A stretch of 64,000 nucleotides of DNA, from IMG/VR virus record IMGVR_UViG_3300037245_002365; one strand, 5' to 3'. Source of the stretch: a virus (Duplodnaviria; Heunggongvirae; Uroviricota; Caudoviricetes). The notes below the pieces were generated by a model. That model searched no databases and was not told where the DNA came from. It saw nothing but the letters and a program-made list of their open reading frames with translations. The position numbers and the translations under genes are program-made. Shown here in pieces: positions 8,885-17,364 of the stretch. Numbering within the stretch: position 1 is the first letter of the stretch; each line of letters starts with the position of its first letter.

Positions 8885-9907
8885 ATGAGAAAACTCATAA
8901 TAGCACTATCGCTATTCTTAGTTCCTCTAACTGCCTCGGATACTTTAAGGGTTGCACTGAAACTCAGTGCGCCCTTTGCTGTTGAAACAACAGACGGGTA
9001 TTCTGGGTTTACCGTAGAGTATTTGGAAAGAATGTTCGATAAAACCAACATAGCTTTGTCCTTTACAGGACACACTCAAGTAGATGGCACATTAACTGCC
9101 GTCAAAGTTGGAGAGGCTGATTTTGCTGCTGGATCAATATCCGTTACAAGAGAAAGAGAAGGAGCAGGCATTGACTTTGCGCTCCCTTACTTTGACTCTG
9201 GAATGGGATTGCTTGTTAAAGCGGAAGAATCTGGTGGATTCTTAGCATTCTTAATGAACAATTGGCAAACAATAGGAAGCCTGTTGTTATTTATGGCTGT
9301 AGTTGGCGTAGTTATTTGGCTCATTGAGCGAGATGGCAACCATACTAATGCTGAAGGCTCATTTAGTGACAATCCTTTAGAGGGTATTACTGCTGGATTT
9401 TGGTGGGTTTGGGTAACTATGACTACAATTGGATATGGCGATTATACTCCAAAGAAGTGGTCAGGTAGAGTAATTACTATCATTGTGTTTACATTTGGTG
9501 TTTATCTATTTGGATCAGCACTAAGTAACATGGTTGATAATAAATTGCACCAAACATCATCCATTGCTGAACTCGTAGATGTATACAAACTAAGTGTTGC
9601 AGGTATAACTGGAACAACTAGTGAAGATATAGTTACAGAGATTTGTAAAAATCCGGTTTTATATGGCTCACTAGAGGAAGCTAAAGCGGCTCTTGATGCA
9701 GGTAAAGTTGATGCCGTCGTTTACGACTGGCCTATACTGCATTTGCAACAAGATGAAAGTACGTTACTATTGCCTATTAGATTTAATAAGCAATATTATA
9801 GCATTGCATTCCCGGATAACAGTATGTTAATTGAATTGTTTAATCTATTTCAATTAGACATGTTGGAATCTGGTGAGTATAATAAGCTATATAATAAATA
9901 CTTCTAA
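8885..9907 (+). CDS. Ligand-gated K+ channel (GluR0-like: split solute-binding domain around a 2-TM pore)
   Basis: Signal peptide, SBP S1 (..ISVTRERE..IDFALPYFDSG), TM1, WW.WVTMTTIGYGD filter, TM2, SBP S2 (GKVDAVVYD, YSIAFP). Confidence 0.85.
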   Translation: MRKLIIALSLFLVPLTASDTLRVALKLSAPFAVETTDGYSGFTVEYLERMFDKTNIALSFTGHTQVDGTLTAVKVGEADFAAGSISVTREREGAGIDFALPYFDSGMGLLVKAEESGGFLAFLMNNWQTIGSLLLFMAVVGVVIWLIERDGNHTNAEGSFSDNPLEGITAGFWWVWVTMTTIGYGDYTPKKWSGRVITIIVFTFGVYLFGSALSNMVDNKLHQTSSIAELVDVYKLSVAGITGTTSEDIVTEICKNPVLYGSLEEAKAALDAGKVDAVVYDWPILHLQQDESTLLLPIRFNKQYYSIAFPDNSMLIELFNLFQLDMLESGEYNKLYNKYF

Positions 9908-9915
9908 AGTATTAA

Positions 9916-9999
9916 AGGCCCGTCGCATAGTCTGGTTTATTGCACCGGTCTCCAAAACCGGTCCGTAAGGAATCCTGGGTTCAAATCCTAGCGGGTCTG
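9916..9999 (+). tRNA. tRNA-Trp(CCA) with 13-nt variable arm
   Basis: aggcccg/cgggtct acceptor; ccggt-ctCCAaa-accgg; variable tccgtaaggaatc. Confidence 0.88.
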
Positions 10000-10024
10000 C
10001 TACAACAAAAAACAACAAGGTAAA

Positions 10025-10234
10025 ATGCTACATATTACACAAGACGATGAAACAGGGATAGGAACAATTTATGTTAGCGATAACATAGATACTCCTATAG
10101 GAGAATCTCGCGATTCTGAGTTCGGGGAGTTTATATTTAATTACAGCGATTCAGGTGAATTAATAAGCATCAACTATTTAAGTATAGACGATTTAATAGA
10201 GTTCATAACTGTTTACGCAGTACCAAAACAATAA
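10025..10234 (+). CDS. Small acidic protein (DUF2283-like)
   Basis: YV.D.....ES......I.NYSDSGELISI pattern. Confidence 0.45.
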   Translation: MLHITQDDETGIGTIYVSDNIDTPIGESRDSEFGEFIFNYSDSGELISINYLSIDDLIEFITVYAVPKQ

Positions 10235-10240
10235 CGCTAA

Positions 10241-10380
10241 GCGGCCATGGCGGAACTGGTAGACGCACAAGACTTTTTAAAACATGGACTGTTTATAGAA
10301 ACCTTGATCAGAGCGATTCTGATAGTCCAGCAAAATCTTGCGCCCGAGAGGGCATCCCGGTTCGAGTCCGGGTGGCCGTA
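10241..10380 (+). tRNA. tRNA-Leu (probably UAA) with ~56-nt insertion in the anticodon loop
   Basis: Leu-type D-loop gcggaactggtagacgc, anticodon stem caaga/tcttg, variable arm gccc-gaga-gggc, A73; insert about 10276..10331. Confidence 0.8.
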
Positions 10381-10386
10381 CAAAAT

Positions 10387-10463
10387 ACTCACATAACTCA
10401 GTCTGGTAGAGTGCAACGCTGATAACGTTGTGGCCGGTGGTTCGAATCCATCTGTGAGTACCA
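10387..10463 (+). tRNA. tRNA-Ile(GAU), CCA encoded
   Basis: caacg-ctGATaa-cgttg; actcaca/tgtgagt + aCCA. Confidence 0.95.
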
Positions 10464-10494
10464 ACAATTAACATAAATAAAGTCTGGAGAGTAA

Positions 10495-10815
10495 ATGAGT
10501 TCAGGATTAAATCTTGATCTGTACAAACAAGTACAGGAAGAAAGAGAAAAGCTTGGATTAACAGTTATTCCAAATAACCATGTTGTCAAGATAAAAGGAC
10601 ACGAACTTTTAAAAAAGCAGGCTTATAACACCAACAACGAAAGAATTTATCACATTGTAGGTGTACATAAGCAATGGTGTGATGGCTGGTTCCTAGTCCT
10701 ATCTCTAGAAAAGAATGGGACGCTTAGACAATGTTTTATAGATAACATTAGCTGCCAGAACAAATCAATCTTACTTACTATTAATTCTCATAGAGAAATA
10801 TTTGAGGTTTTATAA
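10495..10815 (+). CDS. Hypothetical protein
   Basis: 106-aa ORF coupled to pncB. Confidence 0.55.
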   Translation: MSSGLNLDLYKQVQEEREKLGLTVIPNNHVVKIKGHELLKKQAYNTNNERIYHIVGVHKQWCDGWFLVLSLEKNGTLRQCFIDNISCQNKSILLTINSHREIFEVL

Positions 10816-11996
10816 TGGAACACTTTCTTGATAATGACATGTATAAGCTGTCTATGCAGAATTTGGCAGTACGGCAATTTCCAGATGATTACGCTAGATA
10901 TGAGTTCTTTAATCGTGGTGGCACACCAATTCCAAAGGAAATTGGAGAGTCTATACACACTGATATACAGAGCTTTGCCGATTTTAATCTTGAGGCACTG
11001 CCTTTATCGTGGCTTAGAGAAGCCTTACCATTTTTGTCACCGATGTATCTTGACTTCCTTAAAGGGTATAGGTTTGATGCATCTGAAGTCAAAATGGGAT
11101 ATCCAGACGGGGATGATGATCTGAAAATACATATTGAGGGACCATGGTATCGTACCATTTTATGGGAAGTACCTCTGATGGCTTTAATTTCAGAAAATTA
11201 TTTTAAGTACACTGGACAAACTCCTTTCGGAATAAGAAAGGGTGATTGGCCTGCTGTTTGGATGGAGATTAAAAAGAAGAGTGTTGAAAAGGCAAAGTTG
11301 ATTGATGGGTACGATCTTACTGTCGCTGACTTTGGTACGCGACGTAGATACTCGCCTAGAGTTCATGATGCAATGATGGAATCATTAGGCAACCATTTGG
11401 TTGGATCTAGTAATGTTTGGCAGGCTATGACCTACAGAACAAAGCCTATTGGTACTCATGCTCATGAATGGTTTCAATTTCACGCTGCAAAGTATGGATA
11501 TGTTTCAGCAAACAGAATGGCACTGGAAAATTGGTCAAGGGGTTATCGAGGCAATCTCGGTATTGCTCTTACAGACACATTCACTACGGATGTTTTTCTG
11601 CGGGACTTTGATGCCTATTATGCCAAACTATTTGATGGAGTACGGCACGATAGTGGTGATCCTTATGAATTTGCTAACAAAATCATAGGTCATTATGACA
11701 ATTTAGGCATTGATCCAAAATCAAAGACAATTGTCTTTTCAGATAATTTAACTGTTGAAAAAGCAGTAAAAATATCTGAAACACATAAGGACCACATTAA
11801 ATGTTCCTTTGGTATTGGCACACACTTAACAAACGATGTTGGAGTTAAACCTCTAAACATGGTTATTAAGTTAACCGGTGTTAGAGCGGCTGACGGCAGT
11901 TGGAAAGAAGCAATCAAACTATCAGACGATGTTGGAAAGCATACTGGTAGTGAGGAAGAAATTAAACTATGTAAGGAAACATTGGATGTCAAGTAA
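10815..11996 (+). CDS. pncB: Nicotinate phosphoribosyltransferase
   Basis: DNDMYKLSMQ, DFGTRRRYS, GTHAHEW, TDTFTT, GVRHDSGDP, VFSDNL, FGIGTHLTND, KLSDD.GKHTG. Confidence 0.92.
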   Translation: MEHFLDNDMYKLSMQNLAVRQFPDDYARYEFFNRGGTPIPKEIGESIHTDIQSFADFNLEALPLSWLREALPFLSPMYLDFLKGYRFDASEVKMGYPDGDDDLKIHIEGPWYRTILWEVPLMALISENYFKYTGQTPFGIRKGDWPAVWMEIKKKSVEKAKLIDGYDLTVADFGTRRRYSPRVHDAMMESLGNHLVGSSNVWQAMTYRTKPIGTHAHEWFQFHAAKYGYVSANRMALENWSRGYRGNLGIALTDTFTTDVFLRDFDAYYAKLFDGVRHDSGDPYEFANKIIGHYDNLGIDPKSKTIVFSDNLTVEKAVKISETHKDHIKCSFGIGTHLTNDVGVKPLNMVIKLTGVRAADGSWKEAIKLSDDVGKHTGSEEEIKLCKETLDVK

Positions 11997-12774
11997 TTTA
12001 CGAGTGGAAATGAATCAAGTAACAGCTTGGATCAAGGAAACCGTTGAGAAAGCCGGAGCACACGGAGTTGTACTAGGACTGAGTGGTGGAATTGATTCCG
12101 CTGTTGTAGGAGCACTATGCGTAGAAGCATTGGGTTCTGACCACGTACTTCCGGTAGCTATGCCAGCAATTAACACTGGAGCACCGCTGAAAGATCACGT
12201 TGTAGATATGTTTGAATATCTTAACTGTGATAAATTCATACTGCCTGTTAGTGTTTCTGTTTTTACTGAAAGCGCAATAAGAGGAACACACGGATCTCAA
12301 AAACTTCGTATGGGTAATACAGCAGCAAGAATGCGAATGATTCATTTGTATAATCTTGCTAGTGCTTACGGGTATTTGGTTATCGGTACGGAAAATCTGA
12401 CTGAGAAATGGTTAGGTTACGCCACTAAGCACGGCGACGCAGCAAGTGACATGGAGCCACTTACTAGCTTTGATAAACTCGAAGTTAGAGAAATGGCTAC
12501 ATTATTTGATCCACCAATTCCAATGAGTGTGCAAGAAAGGGCACCAAGTGCTGAGTTATGGCCTGGACAAACGGATGAAGACGAGATTGGCGCTAAGTTT
12601 GAAGACATGGTCGCTTATCATAGGCATTGTGAGCATCCTATCGAAGATAGGAGTGAGTGTCCAGTAACTGACGAAATTCGTCAATTATTAGACGCCAGAG
12701 TATTAGCGAACATGCATAAGTCATTGCCAAAACCTGAGTTTGAAAGGACTTGTTCCATTCTCTCATTATCATAA
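11986..12774 (+). CDS. nadE: NH3-dependent NAD+ synthetase
   Basis: LGLSGGIDSAVV, GNTAARMRM, VIGTEN, GYATKHGD, PSAELWPGQTDEDE; likely ATG at 11986. Confidence 0.92.
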   Translation: MSSNLRVEMNQVTAWIKETVEKAGAHGVVLGLSGGIDSAVVGALCVEALGSDHVLPVAMPAINTGAPLKDHVVDMFEYLNCDKFILPVSVSVFTESAIRGTHGSQKLRMGNTAARMRMIHLYNLASAYGYLVIGTENLTEKWLGYATKHGDAASDMEPLTSFDKLEVREMATLFDPPIPMSVQERAPSAELWPGQTDEDEIGAKFEDMVAYHRHCEHPIEDRSECPVTDEIRQLLDARVLANMHKSLPKPEFERTCSILSLS

Positions 12775-12782
12775 GGGTATAA

Positions 12783-13010
12783 GTAATCAAAATAAGAACA
12801 AAAACAATAGGGTGGATAGCAACAGCATTTTCTGTTACAGCAGCCGTATTGGTTGCTTACAAGATTATCTGGTGCTGGCCTCTGTTTATTGTATCAGCAA
12901 TAATACAAATCTATTTGAATGTAAAGTCGAGACTACCATCACAGGTTTTCCTGTGGACGGTATTCTTACTGACTAACATATTAGGTTGGTATAACTGGGC
13001 AACAATGTAG
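12783..13010 (+). CDS. PnuC-like nicotinamide riboside transporter-like small membrane protein; no ATG/GTG/TTG start near the 5' end
   Basis: Stop-to-stop frame translates IGWIATAFSVTAAVLVAYKIIWCWPLFIVS...QVFLWTVFLLTNILGWYNW; directly after nadE. Confidence 0.55.
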   Translation, partial: VIKIRTKTIGWIATAFSVTAAVLVAYKIIWCWPLFIVSAIIQIYLNVKSRLPSQVFLWTVFLLTNILGWYNWATM

Positions 13011-13065
13011 AAGAAAAGATTTGGCGGTACCATTCGGTGCCGCCAATAATATAATAAGGAGTTTT

Positions 13066-13395
13066 ATGAGTAATGCATGCGAAGGTTGTGGCGTTTGTTG
13101 TAAAGCTTTTATTACAAAAAATAGAAATAATTGGGCTAAAAAGCATTTGATAAAATTAAGTAAGAAACAAGTTCTTTCTTTAAATATAATACAGGAAGAA
13201 ATGATATCAGTAGTTTTTGACAATAATAGTTTCTATCAGACGTGTGATTTATATGATGAAGTAACTGGAAAATGCACAGATTATGATAATAGGCCATACA
13301 TGTGTACCTCTTTTCCTCATAATGAGGGAGCCCCACATGGTTATAAAGTTGCTTGTAAATTAAGTGTAGAAAAATTTAGTAAAGAACACAAATAA
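13066..13395 (+). CDS. YkgJ-family Cys-cluster (Zn/Fe-chelating) protein
   Basis: CEGCGVCC...C.LYD...GKC.DY.NRP.MC..FP; RBS aaggag before ATG 13066. Confidence 0.8.
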   Translation: MSNACEGCGVCCKAFITKNRNNWAKKHLIKLSKKQVLSLNIIQEEMISVVFDNNSFYQTCDLYDEVTGKCTDYDNRPYMCTSFPHNEGAPHGYKVACKLSVEKFSKEHK

Positions 13396-14027
13396 TGAAA
13401 GGAAATATAAAAAACGAAAATAAAATGAATACATTTTTTACAGCTGACCTACATTTAGGTCATGCAAATATTATTAAATACTGCAATAGACCTTTTAGGT
13501 CTGTTGAAGAGATGGATAGTACCATCATAAACAATTGGAATAGTGTGGTAACACCAGATGACTATGTGTATATATTGGGAGATTTATCTTTCAACGATCA
13601 TTTAAACTACTTACATAGACTAAATGGTAAGAAAGCCTTAATTATAGGCAATCATGATAAGCTATCTATAGGAGCTAGACAAACATATACATTTATAACC
13701 CCGCTAACTGATATTAGGCACGAAGGCCAAAGAATAACACTTTGTCATTACCCGATGCTAGCGTGGAACGGATCGTTTCATGGATCATGGCATTTATATG
13801 GGCATGTGCATGGAAACTCGATAGAACAGGAATATAAATATTCCTGCGATGTTGGAACTGATATTTGGAATTACTTCCCAGTATCATTTGAAACCATTAA
13901 AAAGAAAATGGCTACAAAAGTACAAGAATTTGATTTCAATAGTCAAGAAGCACAAGCTGCTAGAAATGACATAAGAGATACAAGAAGAAGTACGCAATCT
14001 GATGAAAATCAAACCTATTTGGATTAA
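13395..14027 (+). CDS. Calcineurin-like metallophosphoesterase
   Basis: ADLHLGH, LGD, GNHD, CHYP, HLYGHVH. Confidence 0.88.
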   Translation: MKGNIKNENKMNTFFTADLHLGHANIIKYCNRPFRSVEEMDSTIINNWNSVVTPDDYVYILGDLSFNDHLNYLHRLNGKKALIIGNHDKLSIGARQTYTFITPLTDIRHEGQRITLCHYPMLAWNGSFHGSWHLYGHVHGNSIEQEYKYSCDVGTDIWNYFPVSFETIKKKMATKVQEFDFNSQEAQAARNDIRDTRRSTQSDENQTYLD

Positions 14028-14042
14028 CCATCCAAATACTAT

Positions 14043-14115
14043 GCTCGATTAGCTCAGTTGGTAGAGCACTCGGCTTACATCCGAGTTGTCGGCAGTTCGA
14101 GCCTGTCATCGAGTA
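14043..14115 (+). tRNA. tRNA-Val(UAC)
   Basis: ctcgg-ctTACat-ccgag; full cloverleaf. Confidence 0.95.
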
Positions 14116-14135
14116 CAAAATAAATTGGTAAACGC

Positions 14136-14164
14136 TTGACATACTCGTTATTTGTGCGTATATT
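14136..14164 (+). promoter_or_regulatory. Sigma70-type promoter giving a leaderless HNH mRNA
   Basis: TTGACA-17-TATATT then 5 nt to ATG 14170. Confidence 0.75.
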
Positions 14165-14169
14165 AGAGT

Positions 14170-14616
14170 ATGAATAAATATCGTACACAAGAATGGGAAA
14201 CCAAAATTATTGAAGCCTGTAAAGACGCACATAGTATGGCACATGCTTGCGCTTCAATAGGCATGAACCATAACACGTTTATAGTACATGCCAAACGTTT
14301 AGGAGTTTACACCACTAACCAAGGAGGTAAAGGAACTAACAAACCCAAACCTTCAATACCACTTAGTGAAATTATATATAAAGGAATTCAACCACAATAT
14401 AGAAGCAGTAACTTAAGAGTACGTCTTATTAAAGAAGGCATAAAGGAATATAAATGTGAAAAATGTGAAAAAGTTGAGTGGATGGGTAAACCAATACCAC
14501 TAGAACTACATCATTTGGACGGTAACAGTCATAACCATTTATTAGAAAACTTACAGTTACTTTGTCCCAATTGTCATACACTTACCGACAATTACGGATC
14601 TAAAAACAAAAAATAG
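14170..14616 (+). CDS. HNH endonuclease
   Basis: CEKC...LELHHLDGNSHNH.LENLQLLCPNCH. Confidence 0.9.
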   Translation: MNKYRTQEWETKIIEACKDAHSMAHACASIGMNHNTFIVHAKRLGVYTTNQGGKGTNKPKPSIPLSEIIYKGIQPQYRSSNLRVRLIKEGIKEYKCEKCEKVEWMGKPIPLELHHLDGNSHNHLLENLQLLCPNCHTLTDNYGSKNKK

Positions 14617-14622
14617 ATTTAA

Positions 14623-14761
14623 GCTCCCCTGGGGGAATTGGTAGACCCGCCAGATTTAATTGCATGGACTGCTTTAATGAAAAGTTTAATTGGAGCAATA
14701 CCAACAGTTCAACGGATCTGGTGCCCGAAAGGGCGTGTCGGTTCGAGTCCGACGGGGAGTA
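14623..14761 (+). tRNA. tRNA-Leu (probably UAG) with ~55-nt insertion in the anticodon loop
   Basis: D-loop gggaattggtagaccc, anticodon stem ccaga/tctgg, variable arm gccc-gaaa-gggc, A73; insert about 14659..14713. Confidence 0.8.
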
Positions 14762-14817
14762 CGAGAATAGCAATAACAATACTCAAAAACGTAAAATTAA
14801 AACAAGGAACACAAGCT

Positions 14818-15060
14818 ATGACCAAAGTAGGAGATACTTTCACGAACACGGCTTTCAAGGAAAAGATGACAGTTACGAAAGTCACCGAAGAAGAAATAAA
14901 CTTAACATCTGTTCCAGGTTCAGAGGAATTCGTGGATATAATGGTTAAGCCAGCATACCTAAAAAAACTTCTTGAAAAAGGAGCATGGGTTGCTGAGGTT
15001 GTGGAAGCACCGAAAAAGAAGAAAAGAAAACGTCGGCGTAAGAAAAAGAAGAAAGAGTAA
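14818..15060 (+). CDS. Small protein with poly-Lys/Arg tail
   Basis: ATG 14818 within ORF 14638..15060 (upstream part overlaps the tRNA). Confidence 0.55.
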   Translation: MTKVGDTFTNTAFKEKMTVTKVTEEEINLTSVPGSEEFVDIMVKPAYLKKLLEKGAWVAEVVEAPKKKKRKRRRKKKKKE

Positions 15061-15062
15061 AC

Positions 15063-15293
15063 ATGGATATCAAAGAACAAATACTTTTAGATTTTGAAAA
15101 TTTTGGACTAAGTGCAATATTTAATCACGAACAAGCAGAGATTGCCTTAGACATGGCTAACGAAGACCCTAATTTATCAATAGAAAGATCACTTACCGGG
15201 TTGGCTGACTGGGTTATTGTAAATAGATTTAAAAAGAAGAGAGTAGAGGCGATTCTATTTAGATCTGAGTTTGGCTTATATGGACATCCATGA
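15063..15293 (+). CDS. Hypothetical protein
   Basis: 76-aa ORF. Confidence 0.5.
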   Translation: MDIKEQILLDFENFGLSAIFNHEQAEIALDMANEDPNLSIERSLTGLADWVIVNRFKKKRVEAILFRSEFGLYGHP

Positions 15294-15648
15294 GTTCATA
15301 GGTGACTACGACTTCTTAAGTAATGATTATGAATCACCAATTACGTATGGTAGTAGAAATTTTTCTACCGTTAGTGAGGCTTTCCAGTCATCTAGTAGCC
15401 TTCTTAGGAGGCCGGAGACTTGGGAGACTCGTCAAGTAATTGTAATGAGAGCAATAGTCTTTAGAAAATTTTTGCAAAATGCTAACTTGGCAACCAAGTT
15501 AGTATCAACAGACACAACCCCATTGATTAATGGTGGAGCATGGCAAGACCCTTTTTGGGGCTATGACACCATACAAAAATTTGGGGAAGACCATTTAGGA
15601 GTAATCCTAATGAAAATAAGAGCATTTTTAATGTGGACAGGAGTATAA
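15271..15648 (+). CDS. NADAR (YbiA-like) family protein, short form
   Basis: FLSN.Y.SPI, KF.QN..L...L..T, W.DPFWG, G..HLG.ILM.IR. Confidence 0.75.
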   Translation: MAYMDIHEFIGDYDFLSNDYESPITYGSRNFSTVSEAFQSSSSLLRRPETWETRQVIVMRAIVFRKFLQNANLATKLVSTDTTPLINGGAWQDPFWGYDTIQKFGEDHLGVILMKIRAFLMWTGV

Positions 15649-15649
15649 T

Positions 15650-15937
15650 ATGACTTTAATGGAATATTTTGACGAGGCAATTATAAAAAAATACATATCA
15701 GAGGACCTTTTCTGGGTAAGTCTTTGTAGAAGTTTATTTAGAATGGCATTCTTTGTATTTGTGGTATTTTTAACAGCTTGTTTTGCTGCATTTCCAGTAA
15801 AATGGTTATGGAATTGGGTAATGCCTATTATATTTGACTTACCTACTATAACTGCTGCGCAAGGCTGGGGACTAACATTCCTTGGTTCCTTTTTAACTAA
15901 AGGTGGCGGAGACTATACTAAAGCTGAAGTTAAATAG
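15650..15937 (+). CDS. Membrane protein
   Basis: WLWNWVMP.IF.LP.IT..Q.WGL hydrophobic pattern. Confidence 0.6.
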   Translation: MTLMEYFDEAIIKKYISEDLFWVSLCRSLFRMAFFVFVVFLTACFAAFPVKWLWNWVMPIIFDLPTITAAQGWGLTFLGSFLTKGGGDYTKAEVK

Positions 15938-15945
15938 TAAGAATC

Positions 15946-16035
15946 GGAGAGTTGGCTGAGTGGTTTAAAGCGGCAGATTGCTAATCTGTTTATCGCCTTC
16001 GGGCGGTACGGTGGGTTCAAATCCCCCACTCTCCT
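15946..16035 (+). tRNA. tRNA-Ser(GCU)
   Basis: gcaga-ttGCTaa-tctgt, long variable arm, one T-stem mismatch. Confidence 0.9.
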
Positions 16036-16053
16036 CAAATAAAGGAAATTATA

Positions 16054-16365
16054 ATGAGATGGAATACTTACGGCGACTTTAAGGCATCAGCCCTATTGGC
16101 TGAGATATTAACTAAACTTGATAACAAACAGCAAATTAAAAAAATTGGAAGATTTTTTACTGGATATTTTGGAAACATTAAGCAATTACGTGGCTTCCAT
16201 AATAATAAGTTAAAAAAACACCTTATTATTGCAACAAAAGAAGATTACTTACGCAGGGCGTCTGAATCAAAACATATTTCTGGTCAAAAAGAAATAGAAA
16301 ACTTTGTAAGAAACATAATTATGGCTCGATGTAGAGAAGAGCTAAGAAGGGCAAATAAAAAATGA
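16054..16365 (+). CDS. Hypothetical basic protein
   Basis: 103-aa ORF with RBS. Confidence 0.55.
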   Translation: MRWNTYGDFKASALLAEILTKLDNKQQIKKIGRFFTGYFGNIKQLRGFHNNKLKKHLIIATKEDYLRRASESKHISGQKEIENFVRNIIMARCREELRRANKK

Positions 16366-16559
16366 GCACAGGAAGCGGTTGTGATTGGCGACGCGGTTTA
16401 GGGCTAGAACAAAAAACCGTTGTCACACGAGATGATATCGAAGAAGCCCATAATAGGCTATCAAAAGAAGCAAATAAATTAGAAGGTACACAGCATTATG
16501 GAATGCACGTAGCTCTATCAACCTTCTTAGCTTTAGCTAGAGCAGAGGTTCCAGAATAA
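16362..16559 (+). CDS. Hypothetical protein
   Basis: 65-aa ORF translationally coupled to neighbours. Confidence 0.5.
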   Translation: MSTGSGCDWRRGLGLEQKTVVTRDDIEEAHNRLSKEANKLEGTQHYGMHVALSTFLALARAEVPE

Positions 16560-16939
16560 TGGAATTTAACTCAAGAAAATTAATAAAGCCAGCAGATCTT
16601 AACCCAAGAGAAACTCTCTTTGGTGGACAACTTCTGGCTTGGATCGACGAAGAGGCCGCGATCTTTGTAACAGAGTATTTGGAAACGCCTCTAATAGTTA
16701 CTAAATACATAGATGAAATTGATTTTGTAGCTCCTGCATTTAAAGGAGATATAATAGAAATTGGTATTGAACTTGTTTCCGTCGGAAACACGTCGGTAAC
16801 AGTTAAATGTGTAGTAAGAAACCTTACTACTAAAAACAATATTATAGAAGTTAACAAACTAACTTTTGTAAGAATTGGTGCTGATGGACATTCTAAACCG
16901 CATGGTAAAGATCAGTTTCAGACTAGAGATATATTATAA
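16559..16939 (+). CDS. Acyl-CoA thioesterase (HotDog fold)
   Basis: P.DLN...LFGGQLLAWIDE.A, IDFVAPA..GDII, VGNTS. Confidence 0.85.
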   Translation: MEFNSRKLIKPADLNPRETLFGGQLLAWIDEEAAIFVTEYLETPLIVTKYIDEIDFVAPAFKGDIIEIGIELVSVGNTSVTVKCVVRNLTTKNNIIEVNKLTFVRIGADGHSKPHGKDQFQTRDIL

Positions 16940-16956
16940 TATAACCAAAATAAAAA

Positions 16957-17352
16957 ATGAATGACCCACAAGTCACAGTAACGCTTAGTATAGACGTTGG
17001 ATTCGGAGAACCGGCACACGTTTCAGTTAGCGCACACCCATATGAAATAAAAGACGCAGTATTAAAAGCAAGAGAAGCAGCTATATATGGATTACTTGGA
17101 AAAATACAAGTAGATAAAAATAAAGCAAAGTATGCAGCTAAAAAACTTGAAGAAGCTAAAGCAGAACTAGATGAAAAAGTACGTTATGCAACAGCAGATG
17201 AAGTAGAATTCATAACAGAGCGATATTTGAGAGACTACGGTATGTATGTGGATGGCAATTTACATGTCACAGGAGAAGTTACTTGTGAAAATAACGTAAC
17301 AACCTTCACAAGCGGTCCACACAACACTCTAAAATGTTGTATTAACAGATAA
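16957..17352 (+). CDS. Hypothetical protein
   Basis: 131-aa ORF. Confidence 0.55.
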   Translation: MNDPQVTVTLSIDVGFGEPAHVSVSAHPYEIKDAVLKAREAAIYGLLGKIQVDKNKAKYAAKKLEEAKAELDEKVRYATADEVEFITERYLRDYGMYVDGNLHVTGEVTCENNVTTFTSGPHNTLKCCINR

Positions 17353-17364
17353 GAGTTCTTTAAA

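Noticed and set aside
13021-13046. Hairpin ttggcggtacc/ggtgccgccaa resembling the 5' part of the 18752 RNA
   Set aside because: Similarity is short and both are GC hairpins with ttcg-type loops; most likely a terminator or processing stem after the NAD genes.
10276-14713. tRNA-Leu inserts as hammerhead ribozymes or archaeal BHB introns
   Set aside because: The three-way junctions lack CUGANGA/GAAA cores, and bulge sizes and positions do not fit a 3-4-3 bulge-helix-bulge.
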